64,000 nucleotides of DNA from Verrucomicrobiaceae bacterium. Lineage in GTDB: Bacteria > Verrucomicrobiota > Verrucomicrobiia > Verrucomicrobiales > Akkermansiaceae. The DNA is taken from positions 1 to 64,000 of the forward strand of contig JBPOGH010000014.1 in NCBI GenBank assembly GCA_051252135.1, written 5' to 3'. Position numbers and translations under genes: made by a program. The notes under the pieces were generated by a model that was not told where the DNA came from, ran no database searches, and worked only from the letters and a program-made list of their open reading frames with translations. Positions 9,118 to 17,883 of this stretch are shown here, piece after piece; the stretch's first letter is position 1, and every line of letters begins with the position of its first letter.

Positions 9118-11493
9118 ATGATCTCCCGTATCATTTCGCTTCTCGCACTCACTTCCACTTTCCTCACCGGAGAAACGACACACCCGAACTTCAGCGGCAT
9201 CTACCCCCACCTCTCCTTCTTCAATAACGAAAACGAATGTGGCACCGGAGCCGTTGTCCCCTTCGCCGACCGCCTCTGGGCCGTCACCTACGCCCCCCAC
9301 TGGCCCACCGGGTCATCTGATAAACTCTACGAGATCGATAAAGACCTCAACATGACCGTCCGCGAGGAAAGCATCGGCGGCACCCCCGCGAACCGCATGA
9401 TCCACCGCGAGTCGAACCAACTCTTCATCGGCCCCTACGCCATCGATCAAAACCGAAACGTCCGCGCCATCCCCTACACCAAGATGTTCGGCCGCCACAC
9501 CGGCAACGCCCGACACCTCACCGACCCCGCTCATAAAATCTACTACGCCACCATGGAAGAAGGCCTCTACGAAGTCGACGTGAACACCCTTGAGATCAAA
9601 ACCCTCTTCCACGACGAAGCCCAAAAAGGCTCCCCTAAATCCGACCTCCACGGCTATCACGGCAAAGGCTTCTACTCCGGTCAAGGGCGCGTCATTTACT
9701 CTAACAACGGACAACGAGGCGCTGCCGCCAAAACCAACCCCTTCACCAAGTCAGGCGTCCTCGCCCAGTGGGACGGAAAAGCCGACTCCTTCGAAACCGT
9801 CCTCGAAAAACAATTCACCGAAGTCACCGGACCCGGCGGAATCTACGGCAACGAAAACCCCGCCACCGACCCCGTCTGGGCTCACGGCTGGGATGCCCGC
9901 TCCCTTATCCTCATGTGCCTCGATGACGGCGAGTGGCACCGCTACCGACTCCCAAAAGCGAGCCACAGCTACGATGGCGCCCACGGATGGAACACCGAGT
10001 GGCCCCGCATCCGCGAAATCGGCGAGGGCGATGACTTCCTCATGACCATGCACGGCATGTTCTGGAAATTCCCCAAAACCTTCTCCTCCAAGAACTCCGC
10101 CGGCATCGCCCCCCGCTCGTCCTACCTCAAGGTCATCGGCGACTTCGCCCGCTGGGGAGACCACGTCGTCATGGGATGCGACGACACCGCGCACAGCGAA
10201 TTCCTCAACAAACGAAAAGCGAAAGGCCACGTCGCCGCCCCCCAATCCCAGTCCAACCTCTGGTTCGTCAAACCCGATCAGCTCGACCACTTCGGCCCCG
10301 TCCTCGGACGCGGCTCCGTTTGGTTAAACGACGAAGTCGAAGCAGGCGTCCCCTCCGACCCCTTCCTCTTCGCAAACTTCCGCCGCCGCGCCCTCCACCT
10401 CACCAGCGACGCCCCCACCGAAATCACCATCGAGATCGACCGCCTCGGCAACGGCACCTGGGAACTCCTCAGAAAAGAACCCCTTAACCGTTACAACTGG
10501 CTCAGCTTCCCCGATGACCAAGCCGGCACCTGGATTCGCCTCACTTCCTCCGCTCCTTTGAAAAAAGCGACCGCCTGGTTCACCTACGGCGGCGAAGCTC
10601 AAGCACAAGACCTCGCCCCCTTCAAAGGCCTCGCCCGCGTCGGTGAAAAAGACACCTCCTCCGGCCTCGTCCGCGCCCGTGATAAAAACAAGCGCACCCT
10701 CCACCTCGGCACCGACTCCGCCGTCTACACCCTCGACAACAAAGCCCAACTCACCGTCGACAAAAACCCCACCGCCCTCCCCTGGATCAAAGAAAACGTC
10801 GCCATTCCCTCACGCAAAGGAGTCCTCCAAGTCGACGCCGCCTCCGTCCTCTACATCGATGACAAAGGCAAACGATTCCGCCTCCCCAAAGGCCCCGCCG
10901 CCTTCGACCAGGACGCCGGCCGCCTCTGCCGCGAAGTCGCCACCGAGCGCGACCTCTTTAACTGCCACGGCACCTTCTACGAACTCCCCGCTGAAAACGC
11001 CCTCGGCTTCGCCCGCGTCCGCCCCGTCGCCAGTCACGACCTCCAAATCCACGACTTCTGCAGCTACCGCGGCCTCCTCGTCCTCTCCGGCATCAACCTC
11101 GCCGCCGCCCAAGGAAACCCCCACATCGTAAAATCCGCCGACAACAAAGCCGCCCTCTGGCTCGGCACCATCGACGACCTCTGGAAACTCGGAAAACCCA
11201 CCGGCAACGGCGGCCCTTGGAAAAACACCCCCGTCAAAAAAGGCGTCCCCTCCGACCCCTACCTCATGACCGGCTACCACAAAAAGTCCCTCACTCTCAC
11301 TTCCGAAACACCCACCACCATCACCGCCGAGATCGACATCACCGGCAACGGCGACTGGCACACCGGCCGCACCTGGCAAGTCACTCCAAATTCCCCCGTC
11401 ACCGAAACCCTCCCCGAAGCCTTCCAGGCCTATTGGATTCGCTTCACCTCCGCCGAGGACACCACCGCCTCTGCCCAGCTCGACTACGACTAA
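9118..11493 (+). CDS. Large secreted protein of unknown function with an internally duplicated ~90-aa domain
   Basis: Start ATG 9118; signal-like N-terminus; strong host codon bias; repeats GVPSDPFL..ITIEID.LGNG.W..WIRLTS and GVPSDPYL..ITAEID.TGNG.W..WIRFTS. Confidence 0.85.
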   Translation: MISRIISLLALTSTFLTGETTHPNFSGIYPHLSFFNNENECGTGAVVPFADRLWAVTYAPHWPTGSSDKLYEIDKDLNMTVREESIGGTPANRMIHRESNQLFIGPYAIDQNRNVRAIPYTKMFGRHTGNARHLTDPAHKIYYATMEEGLYEVDVNTLEIKTLFHDEAQKGSPKSDLHGYHGKGFYSGQGRVIYSNNGQRGAAAKTNPFTKSGVLAQWDGKADSFETVLEKQFTEVTGPGGIYGNENPATDPVWAHGWDARSLILMCLDDGEWHRYRLPKASHSYDGAHGWNTEWPRIREIGEGDDFLMTMHGMFWKFPKTFSSKNSAGIAPRSSYLKVIGDFARWGDHVVMGCDDTAHSEFLNKRKAKGHVAAPQSQSNLWFVKPDQLDHFGPVLGRGSVWLNDEVEAGVPSDPFLFANFRRRALHLTSDAPTEITIEIDRLGNGTWELLRKEPLNRYNWLSFPDDQAGTWIRLTSSAPLKKATAWFTYGGEAQAQDLAPFKGLARVGEKDTSSGLVRARDKNKRTLHLGTDSAVYTLDNKAQLTVDKNPTALPWIKENVAIPSRKGVLQVDAASVLYIDDKGKRFRLPKGPAAFDQDAGRLCREVATERDLFNCHGTFYELPAENALGFARVRPVASHDLQIHDFCSYRGLLVLSGINLAAAQGNPHIVKSADNKAALWLGTIDDLWKLGKPTGNGGPWKNTPVKKGVPSDPYLMTGYHKKSLTLTSETPTTITAEIDITGNGDWHTGRTWQVTPNSPVTETLPEAFQAYWIRFTSAEDTTASAQLDYD

Positions 11494-11534
11494 AATATTC
11501 AGCGACTCCCTGGGAGAATCACATCAGACATCGC

Positions 11535-13004
11535 TTAATTTTTCTTCTTTCTCGGAGCCATGAAGCTCGGCTTCAGCTTCGTCGGCCGTGGCTCTGCAGG
11601 ATCAAAAAAGCGCATGTTTTTTCCGACTCGATTGTGGTCACCGATATCAACCCGGGCCTGCTCGGCAAGCTCAAGCAGCCGCGCCACAATCTCGGGATTT
11701 TCATCGGCAACATCAGTCGCCTCGCCGGGATCCTTAATGAGATGGTAAAGAGCCGGCTTGGGAAAACCCATCTTATCCTTGGGATGAATATGGCTGTTCT
11801 TGCTGTGCTTCCCCAGCCATGCGGGAAACTGCGGGCACGCAAGATGAAGCTTCCAGGGTCCCTGACGAACGGCCTGAAGATGTGAGAGGAGATAATAATT
11901 GTAGACTTTGTCAGGATCACACTCCTTAAAATTTCCGGCAAATAACGGAGAGATGTCCACCCCATCGATCACCCGATCATCAGGGACTTTTCCTCCCGCC
12001 AGCTTCGCAAAAGTCGGCAAGAGATCCATCGTTGATGCCATCTTACTGCAGGTCTTCCCCGCCGGGACACGCCCGGGAGCCCACACGATGGCTGGCACAC
12101 GCACCCCGCCCTCCCAGGTGGAAACCTTTCCGCTCCTCAAAGGCCCGGCCGATCCACCGTGGTCACTGGGTCGAATGCCATCGCCAAACCCCTTGTTCTT
12201 GTTCAGCCAAGGACCGTTATCACTGGTGAAAATAATGTAGGTCTCATCGACGAGTTTGAGCTGCCTGATGGCATCGACAATACGACCCACACTGGCATCG
12301 ATTTCCTCAATCACATCACCGTAGAGGCCACGCTCCGACTTCCCCCGGAACTCAGGAGATGCGGCCAGCTTGGTGTGGGGCATCGAGTGCGGGACGTAGA
12401 GAAAGAAGGGCTTCTCCGCCTCGACACTCCGTTGAATAAACCCAAGAGCTTCATCGGTGTAACGCTTGGTCAGAGTGGCCAACGGCGCTTTCGCTTCCAC
12501 CAACTCCTTGTTGCGATAAAGATCCACGTAGCGATCATTGCTCGACGGAGTCCCAAAGAAAAAATCGAAGCCCTGATGATTCGGCATCAGCTCCGGGATG
12601 AAGTCAGCCTGAGAATGGGTCGCAAGATCCCACTTCCCGATGCACCCGGTGGTGTAACCAACCTCTTTGAGAATCTCCGCAATCGTAATCTCCTTCCCGT
12701 GGAGAATGGGATGGGTGTTTTTAAAGTTCCCACGCTCCGCAACTCTCATTGGATAACAGCCGGTCATCAGCGCCGCACGTGAGGGACCGCAGATCGGTTG
12801 TGCATAGAAATGGGTAAACTTCATTCCCTCCGCTGCCATCCGATCAAGACGCGGCGTCTTAATCGTCCTCGATCCGAAGCAACCAAGGTCTTCGTATCCC
12901 TGATCATCGGTGAAGATCAGGATAATATTGGGCTGGTTCGCCGCACTGGCGGAAAGCGCCAATGCGATGCTAAACAAAAGGGACATCTTAAAAAAATTGA
13001 TCAT
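11535..13004 (-). CDS. Arylsulfatase (S1 family)
   Basis: Signal peptide; IFTDDQGY, CGPSR, GKWDL, TSDNG, WEGGVRVP. Confidence 0.93.
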   Translation of the reverse strand: MINFFKMSLLFSIALALSASAANQPNIILIFTDDQGYEDLGCFGSRTIKTPRLDRMAAEGMKFTHFYAQPICGPSRAALMTGCYPMRVAERGNFKNTHPILHGKEITIAEILKEVGYTTGCIGKWDLATHSQADFIPELMPNHQGFDFFFGTPSSNDRYVDLYRNKELVEAKAPLATLTKRYTDEALGFIQRSVEAEKPFFLYVPHSMPHTKLAASPEFRGKSERGLYGDVIEEIDASVGRIVDAIRQLKLVDETYIIFTSDNGPWLNKNKGFGDGIRPSDHGGSAGPLRSGKVSTWEGGVRVPAIVWAPGRVPAGKTCSKMASTMDLLPTFAKLAGGKVPDDRVIDGVDISPLFAGNFKECDPDKVYNYYLLSHLQAVRQGPWKLHLACPQFPAWLGKHSKNSHIHPKDKMGFPKPALYHLIKDPGEATDVADENPEIVARLLELAEQARVDIGDHNRVGKNMRFFDPAEPRPTKLKPSFMAPRKKKN

Positions 13005-13082
13005 GCAAACGGATGGACGGGACTCTTGAAGCTAATTGGCCGCGAATAACGGCAACTGGGCCTTTTAATGAAAAAGAGGACC

Positions 13083-13178
13083 AATTTCGAATTCGTAATT
13101 TTTTCGACATCAGAGACCATCCCACTCGGCATAGGCAACGGGACCGTCGATTCACCTCTCCAACTAAAATTCGAATTT
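13083..13178. promoter_or_regulatory. Candidate operator sites between divergent sulfatases
   Basis: Perfect palindrome AAATTCGAATTT at 13167-13178 and a near copy AATTTCGAATT at 13083-13093. Confidence 0.35.
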
Positions 13179-13233
13179 GATTCACTCACCGGGGAAATGG
13201 CACATTCCCTCACCAACCATCTCTCTTCACTCG

Positions 13234-14652
13234 ATGAATCTCCTCTCCAAAACCCTCGCGCTCTCTCTCGCCCTCTCGGCCTCCCTCTTCGCCGCAAAAC
13301 AACCCAACGTCATCTACATTCTCGCTGATGACCTCGGCTACGGCGATCTCTCCTGCTACGGACAGAAAAAATTCCAGACACCCAACATCGACCGCCTCGC
13401 CACCGAAGGCCTCAAGTTCACCGGCCACTACTCCGGAAACACCGTATGCAGCCCCTCCCGCGCCGTCCTCATGACCGGTGACCAACCCGGCGAGGTCTAC
13501 CTCCGCGCCAACGTTTCCGAAAACGTCGTCGCCCCTCTCGACCCCAAAATGACCGTCCTCCCCGAGGTCTTCAAAGCCGCCGGTTACGCCACCGGAGCCT
13601 ACGGAAAATGGGGCCTCGGATACACCCATCTCCCCGGGAACAACAACCCCCTCACCCACGGCTTCGATGAATACGTCGGCTGGAAAAGCCAAACCATCGC
13701 ACACACCTACTACCCCACCACCTACGTCCACAACGGCAAGGAAATCCCCCTCAAGAAGGACACCTACGTTCACGATATCATCATGAACCACGCCATGCAG
13801 TTCATGGAAGCCAACGCCAAGGCCGACAAACCCTTCTTCTGCTACATCCCCACCGCCGTCCCCCACGCCGCCATGCACGCTCCCAAAGCGCTCCACGAAA
13901 AATGGCGAAAGGTCTTCCCTCAGTTCGATGAGGTCATCGGCAAATACCGCATCCACGGCAAAGCCACCGACTCACCCGAGACCACCCCCGACGTCATCAA
14001 CCCCATCGCCGGCTTCGCCGCCATGATGGAAAATCTCGATAACCAGGTCGGCGACATCCTCGCCCTCCTCGAGCACTACGGCATCGACGACAACACCCTC
14101 ATCATCTTCGCATCAGACAACGGAGCCCACCGCGAGGGCGGACACGACCCCGACTTCTGGAACTCCACCGGCTCCCTCCGCGGCATGAAGCGCGACATGC
14201 ACGAGGGCGGCATCCGCACCCCCATGCTCGCCCGCTGGACCGGCACCATCGCCCCCGGAAAAACCACCGATCACCTCTCCTCCTTCCAGGACATCCTCCC
14301 CACCATGAGCCAACTCACCGGCCAACCCGTCCCGCCACAAGCCGATGGCATCTCTTTCCTTCCCCTCCTCAAGGGCCAGGCCGACCAACAGAAAAAACAC
14401 GACTTCCTCTACTGGGAATTCTGCCTCAACGACGACCAGCGCATCTACTCCCAGGCCGTCCGCCAGGGCAAATGGAAAGCCTACCGCCAACTCCACAAAA
14501 ACAAAGCCAAAGGCATGCAACCCCTCGAACTCTTCAACCTCGAGGAAGACCCCTTCGAGAAAAACGACCTCGCCCAAAAAATGCCCGACAAGGTCAAACA
14601 CATGGAAGCCCTCATCAACAAAGCCCACACCCCGCTTCCCTCCCAAAAATAA
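13234..14652 (+). CDS. Arylsulfatase (S1 family)
   Basis: Start ATG 13234 (MNLLSK) gives a signal peptide; ILADDLGYGD, CSPSR, GKWGLG, ASDNG, EGGIRTP. Confidence 0.93.
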   Translation: MNLLSKTLALSLALSASLFAAKQPNVIYILADDLGYGDLSCYGQKKFQTPNIDRLATEGLKFTGHYSGNTVCSPSRAVLMTGDQPGEVYLRANVSENVVAPLDPKMTVLPEVFKAAGYATGAYGKWGLGYTHLPGNNNPLTHGFDEYVGWKSQTIAHTYYPTTYVHNGKEIPLKKDTYVHDIIMNHAMQFMEANAKADKPFFCYIPTAVPHAAMHAPKALHEKWRKVFPQFDEVIGKYRIHGKATDSPETTPDVINPIAGFAAMMENLDNQVGDILALLEHYGIDDNTLIIFASDNGAHREGGHDPDFWNSTGSLRGMKRDMHEGGIRTPMLARWTGTIAPGKTTDHLSSFQDILPTMSQLTGQPVPPQADGISFLPLLKGQADQQKKHDFLYWEFCLNDDQRIYSQAVRQGKWKAYRQLHKNKAKGMQPLELFNLEEDPFEKNDLAQKMPDKVKHMEALINKAHTPLPSQK

Positions 14653-14655
14653 GCC

Positions 14656-15435
14656 ATGAGACTCCTCGCCACCTGCGCCATCCTTCTCCTTTCCGTATCC
14701 TCCGCCTTCGCAGAAAAGTGGCCCGGCAAGCAATCCACCTTCCACTCCTTCCCCCAATACGATTTCAAAGTCGACGACCTCGACTGCAAAGTCGTCGTCC
14801 CGCAAACGGTCGCCAAAGGCAAACCCTGGATTTGGCGCGCCCGCTTCTTCGGCCACGAACCCCAGACTGATCTCGCCCTCCTCAACAAAGGCTTCCACGT
14901 CGCCTACGTCGATGTCTCCGGCCTCTACGGCTCCCCCGCCGCCGTCGCCCGCTGGGACAAGTTCTACCACCACCTCACCACCACCCGTGGCTTCGCCAAA
15001 AAACCCGCCCTCGAAGGCATGTCACGCGGCGGCCTCATCATCTACAACTGGGCCGCCAAAAACCCCGACAAAGTCGCCTGCATCTACGCCGACGCCCCCG
15101 TCTGCGATTTCAAAAGCTGGCCCAAGATCAATCCCGACATCCTCAAAGCCTACAACCTCACCGAAGAACAAGCCCGCTCCTACCAGGGCAACCCCGTCGA
15201 CAACCTCAAACCCCTCGCCGACGCCAAAGTCCCCCTCCTCCACGTCGTCGGCGATGCCGATCAAGTCGTCCCCGTCTCCGAAAACACCGCCGTCCTCGAG
15301 TCCCGCTACCAAGCCCTCGGCGGCTCCATCACCGTCATCCACAAAAAAGGAATCGGCCACCACCCCCACAGCCTCAAGGACCCCAAGCCCATCGTCGACT
15401 TCATCCTAAAACACACCCTCCCCACCGTGAAATAG
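14656..15435 (+). CDS. Secreted alpha/beta-hydrolase (esterase-like)
   Basis: Signal peptide; G-M-S-R-G nucleophile motif; GDADQVV and GHHPH triad-like motifs; 3 nt after the sulfatase. Confidence 0.87.
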   Translation: MRLLATCAILLLSVSSAFAEKWPGKQSTFHSFPQYDFKVDDLDCKVVVPQTVAKGKPWIWRARFFGHEPQTDLALLNKGFHVAYVDVSGLYGSPAAVARWDKFYHHLTTTRGFAKKPALEGMSRGGLIIYNWAAKNPDKVACIYADAPVCDFKSWPKINPDILKAYNLTEEQARSYQGNPVDNLKPLADAKVPLLHVVGDADQVVPVSENTAVLESRYQALGGSITVIHKKGIGHHPHSLKDPKPIVDFILKHTLPTVK

Positions 15436-15486
15436 GAGCAGCGGCTCGCCCACCGGCAGCCGCCTCAGGAGGGTTAAAAAGCTCCT
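15434..15486. terminator. Hairpin between convergent genes (terminator or REP-like)
   Basis: GCGGCT-C-GCC-cacc-GGC-AGCCGC inside AGGAGC...GCTCCT. Confidence 0.4.
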
Positions 15487-15488
15487 CT

Positions 15489-17123
15489 TTACTTCACCAG
15501 AAATTGATAGCTCCCGGCTTGTGCGAGCACCTCGACCGTTCCTTTCGCGGTGGGACGGGTCAGAAGCTCGATCCCAAAAGACTCTTTGATCGTCTGCCCG
15601 GATTCGCTCAACGTCTTCCCTTCCGGCACAGGCAGGGTCACCACCGCCAACGCTCCCGCCGGAATCGTCGTGTTCAAGCGGAACGAACCATCATCTTCTT
15701 TTTTCCAATCGACCTCAACCCGGCCCTGGGGCGAATCATAATGACCCTTCACCCACTTCAACCGGTCTCCCGAAGGAACGTTCGGCGCGATCCGCAACTG
15801 GTGAAATCCCGAAACATTGGCATCAATCCCCAATAGAGAACTCATCATCCACTCGGTCGCACCACTCGCCACAAAGGAGTAATCGGACGCCGTCGCCCAC
15901 GGTCCCTTGGCATCACTGACCAAATCAAAGGCCAAATCCTGATTCCCCGTCAAAGGAAGAACCGACAGCAGAGGATGCGCTGCCAGACTCCCGATATCCT
16001 TCAGCGGCGTCAGCTTCGCCGGCAGTCCCTCGATCACCGGTGCACGTGTCTCTTCATCCATCACCGACGAGCGGAGAGCCACCACTGCCGCAGTCTGACT
16101 CTGATTCTTCAGCGTCCCGTCCTCGGCCAAGTGCAGCCTTTTGAAACTTTTCCGCACACGTGCGAGATAATCGCGGTAGCGGATCGTGTTGTTGGGCTTC
16201 TCCGCCGGACGGGCCAGCTCCATCATCAGTCGACTCGTCACCCCGAACTGACAAAGCTCGATGAACTCGGGAGACACTTCCTTGTCCAGCCCGTGGGGCG
16301 CTCCCCAATTCTTGCCTTCAATCACAGGGTCCACTTCCTCACGACGAATCATGTACTTCTCCATCTGATCCCACCGCTTCTTGATGATTCGCGTATCTCC
16401 GGTCATCCACCAAAGCCCGTGCGGCACACTGATTGCCGCATCGGAATTCACCGGCCCCAACGGGGTCTTCGGACCACCCGGAAAATACCCCAGCACATTC
16501 TGCTCGTCATGGACCCGATTCACCCAATCACCCAGCACCGCCGCCGCATCGAAATGATAAAGCAACTCGCGCGTGGAACGTTGGACCATCTGCCCGTTCC
16601 CCAACTTCCCCAAATCTCCCGCCACATATCCGTTCAATCGACCGGACAACTCCTGAAGGTCCCGTTCATAAATCTTGTTGAGCACCTCGTTGCTACTTTC
16701 AAAACCCGACGTCCTCCTCACCGGACGGAGCTTCTTCTCCCCTCCCACCACAAAAGTCCCCACCGGACTCCAGCCTCCTTGTTCCCCCTTCTCGTCACTC
16801 ACCCGGACTTTCCAATGCACCTTTTGCCCGTCCTTCAATTGCTTGCCGGCCCAAGGCACCAAATAGTGATGACCCGATTCCTTCACTTCCGCTTTCCACA
16901 GATCACCCTCACCCTTGTCCAAAAGCTCCTGCGAGCTTGCCGCCAAAATCTCATACCCCGTCTGGCGCTTCCCCCGTTCCTCGCCGACCAATGTCCAGCT
17001 CAATAACGGATGGGCCACAACGCCAACCGGATCAATCTCCTGTTCGGCCCTGAGACCATCAACCTCCAGGACAGCACCCATGGCACCTACCGCGAAAAGA
17101 AAGGAAACAAATAGAGCTTTCAT
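15489..17123 (-). CDS. Alpha-L-rhamnosidase (GH78)-like protein, shortened and apparently lacking catalytic motifs
   Basis: Start ATG 17123; GH78-type N-terminal domain (QTGYEILAASS..GDLW..WKVRV), FESSNEVLNKI, and C-terminal GFHQLRIAP..WVKGHYDSPQGRVEVDW. Confidence 0.8.
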   Translation of the reverse strand: MKALFVSFLFAVGAMGAVLEVDGLRAEQEIDPVGVVAHPLLSWTLVGEERGKRQTGYEILAASSQELLDKGEGDLWKAEVKESGHHYLVPWAGKQLKDGQKVHWKVRVSDEKGEQGGWSPVGTFVVGGEKKLRPVRRTSGFESSNEVLNKIYERDLQELSGRLNGYVAGDLGKLGNGQMVQRSTRELLYHFDAAAVLGDWVNRVHDEQNVLGYFPGGPKTPLGPVNSDAAISVPHGLWWMTGDTRIIKKRWDQMEKYMIRREEVDPVIEGKNWGAPHGLDKEVSPEFIELCQFGVTSRLMMELARPAEKPNNTIRYRDYLARVRKSFKRLHLAEDGTLKNQSQTAAVVALRSSVMDEETRAPVIEGLPAKLTPLKDIGSLAAHPLLSVLPLTGNQDLAFDLVSDAKGPWATASDYSFVASGATEWMMSSLLGIDANVSGFHQLRIAPNVPSGDRLKWVKGHYDSPQGRVEVDWKKEDDGSFRLNTTIPAGALAVVTLPVPEGKTLSESGQTIKESFGIELLTRPTAKGTVEVLAQAGSYQFLVK

Positions 17124-17202
17124 GTGCAGAGAAAGAAACCCGAGCTTTCGCCCCAGCGCAAGAACACTTGTCTTTCTTCGCAAGGCAGCGTCCACTCCCT
17201 GA

Positions 17203-17883
17203 ATGCTGCCCCGCGCGCTCCTTTTCGACTTCGATGGTGTCATTCTCGACACCGAATGGCCCATCTATGAAACCTGGAGGGACCTATTCATCAGCGAAGG
17301 ACAGGACCTCCCTCTCGAGACTTACATCAAGTGCATCGGGTCGGATTTCAACACCTGGTCGCCGGAAACCCACCTCGAGGACCTCACCGGTAAAACCTTC
17401 GACTGGCCCACCATCAACCCCGCCCGAAACGTCATCATCCGTGAGGAAGTTGGAAAACTTCCGGCCATGCCCGGCATCCTCGACTGCCTCCAGTGGGCCT
17501 CCGAAGCACAGATTCCCTGCGCCGTCGTATCCAGCTCAAACCATGATTGGGTCGATGGCTGGCTCAATTCACTCCAACTCAGCCACTTCTTTCAGGAATC
17601 CGTCTGCCGCGGCGATGCCCCTAAGATCAAACCCGCTCCCGACCTCTTTCTCGAAGCCGCCCAACGGCTCGGCCTCGCCCCGCAGTATTGCCTCGTCATC
17701 GAGGATTCCCTCAACGGACTCAAGGCCGCGCACGCCGCCGGCAACCCCGTGGCCATCGTGCCCAATCGCATCACTTCCTGCATCGATTTCTCCGCCGCCG
17801 AATACCAGTTCGACTCCCTGAACTCCCTCCTTCACTTCCTCCGCGAATCCCATCAGGGCGCATCCCTGCCCACCACTCGATAG
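17203..17883 (+). CDS. HAD-superfamily hydrolase (subfamily IA)
   Basis: FDFDGVILDT, VVSSS, KPAPDLF, IEDSLNG motifs. Confidence 0.92.
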   Translation: MLPRALLFDFDGVILDTEWPIYETWRDLFISEGQDLPLETYIKCIGSDFNTWSPETHLEDLTGKTFDWPTINPARNVIIREEVGKLPAMPGILDCLQWASEAQIPCAVVSSSNHDWVDGWLNSLQLSHFFQESVCRGDAPKIKPAPDLFLEAAQRLGLAPQYCLVIEDSLNGLKAAHAAGNPVAIVPNRITSCIDFSAAEYQFDSLNSLLHFLRESHQGASLPTTR

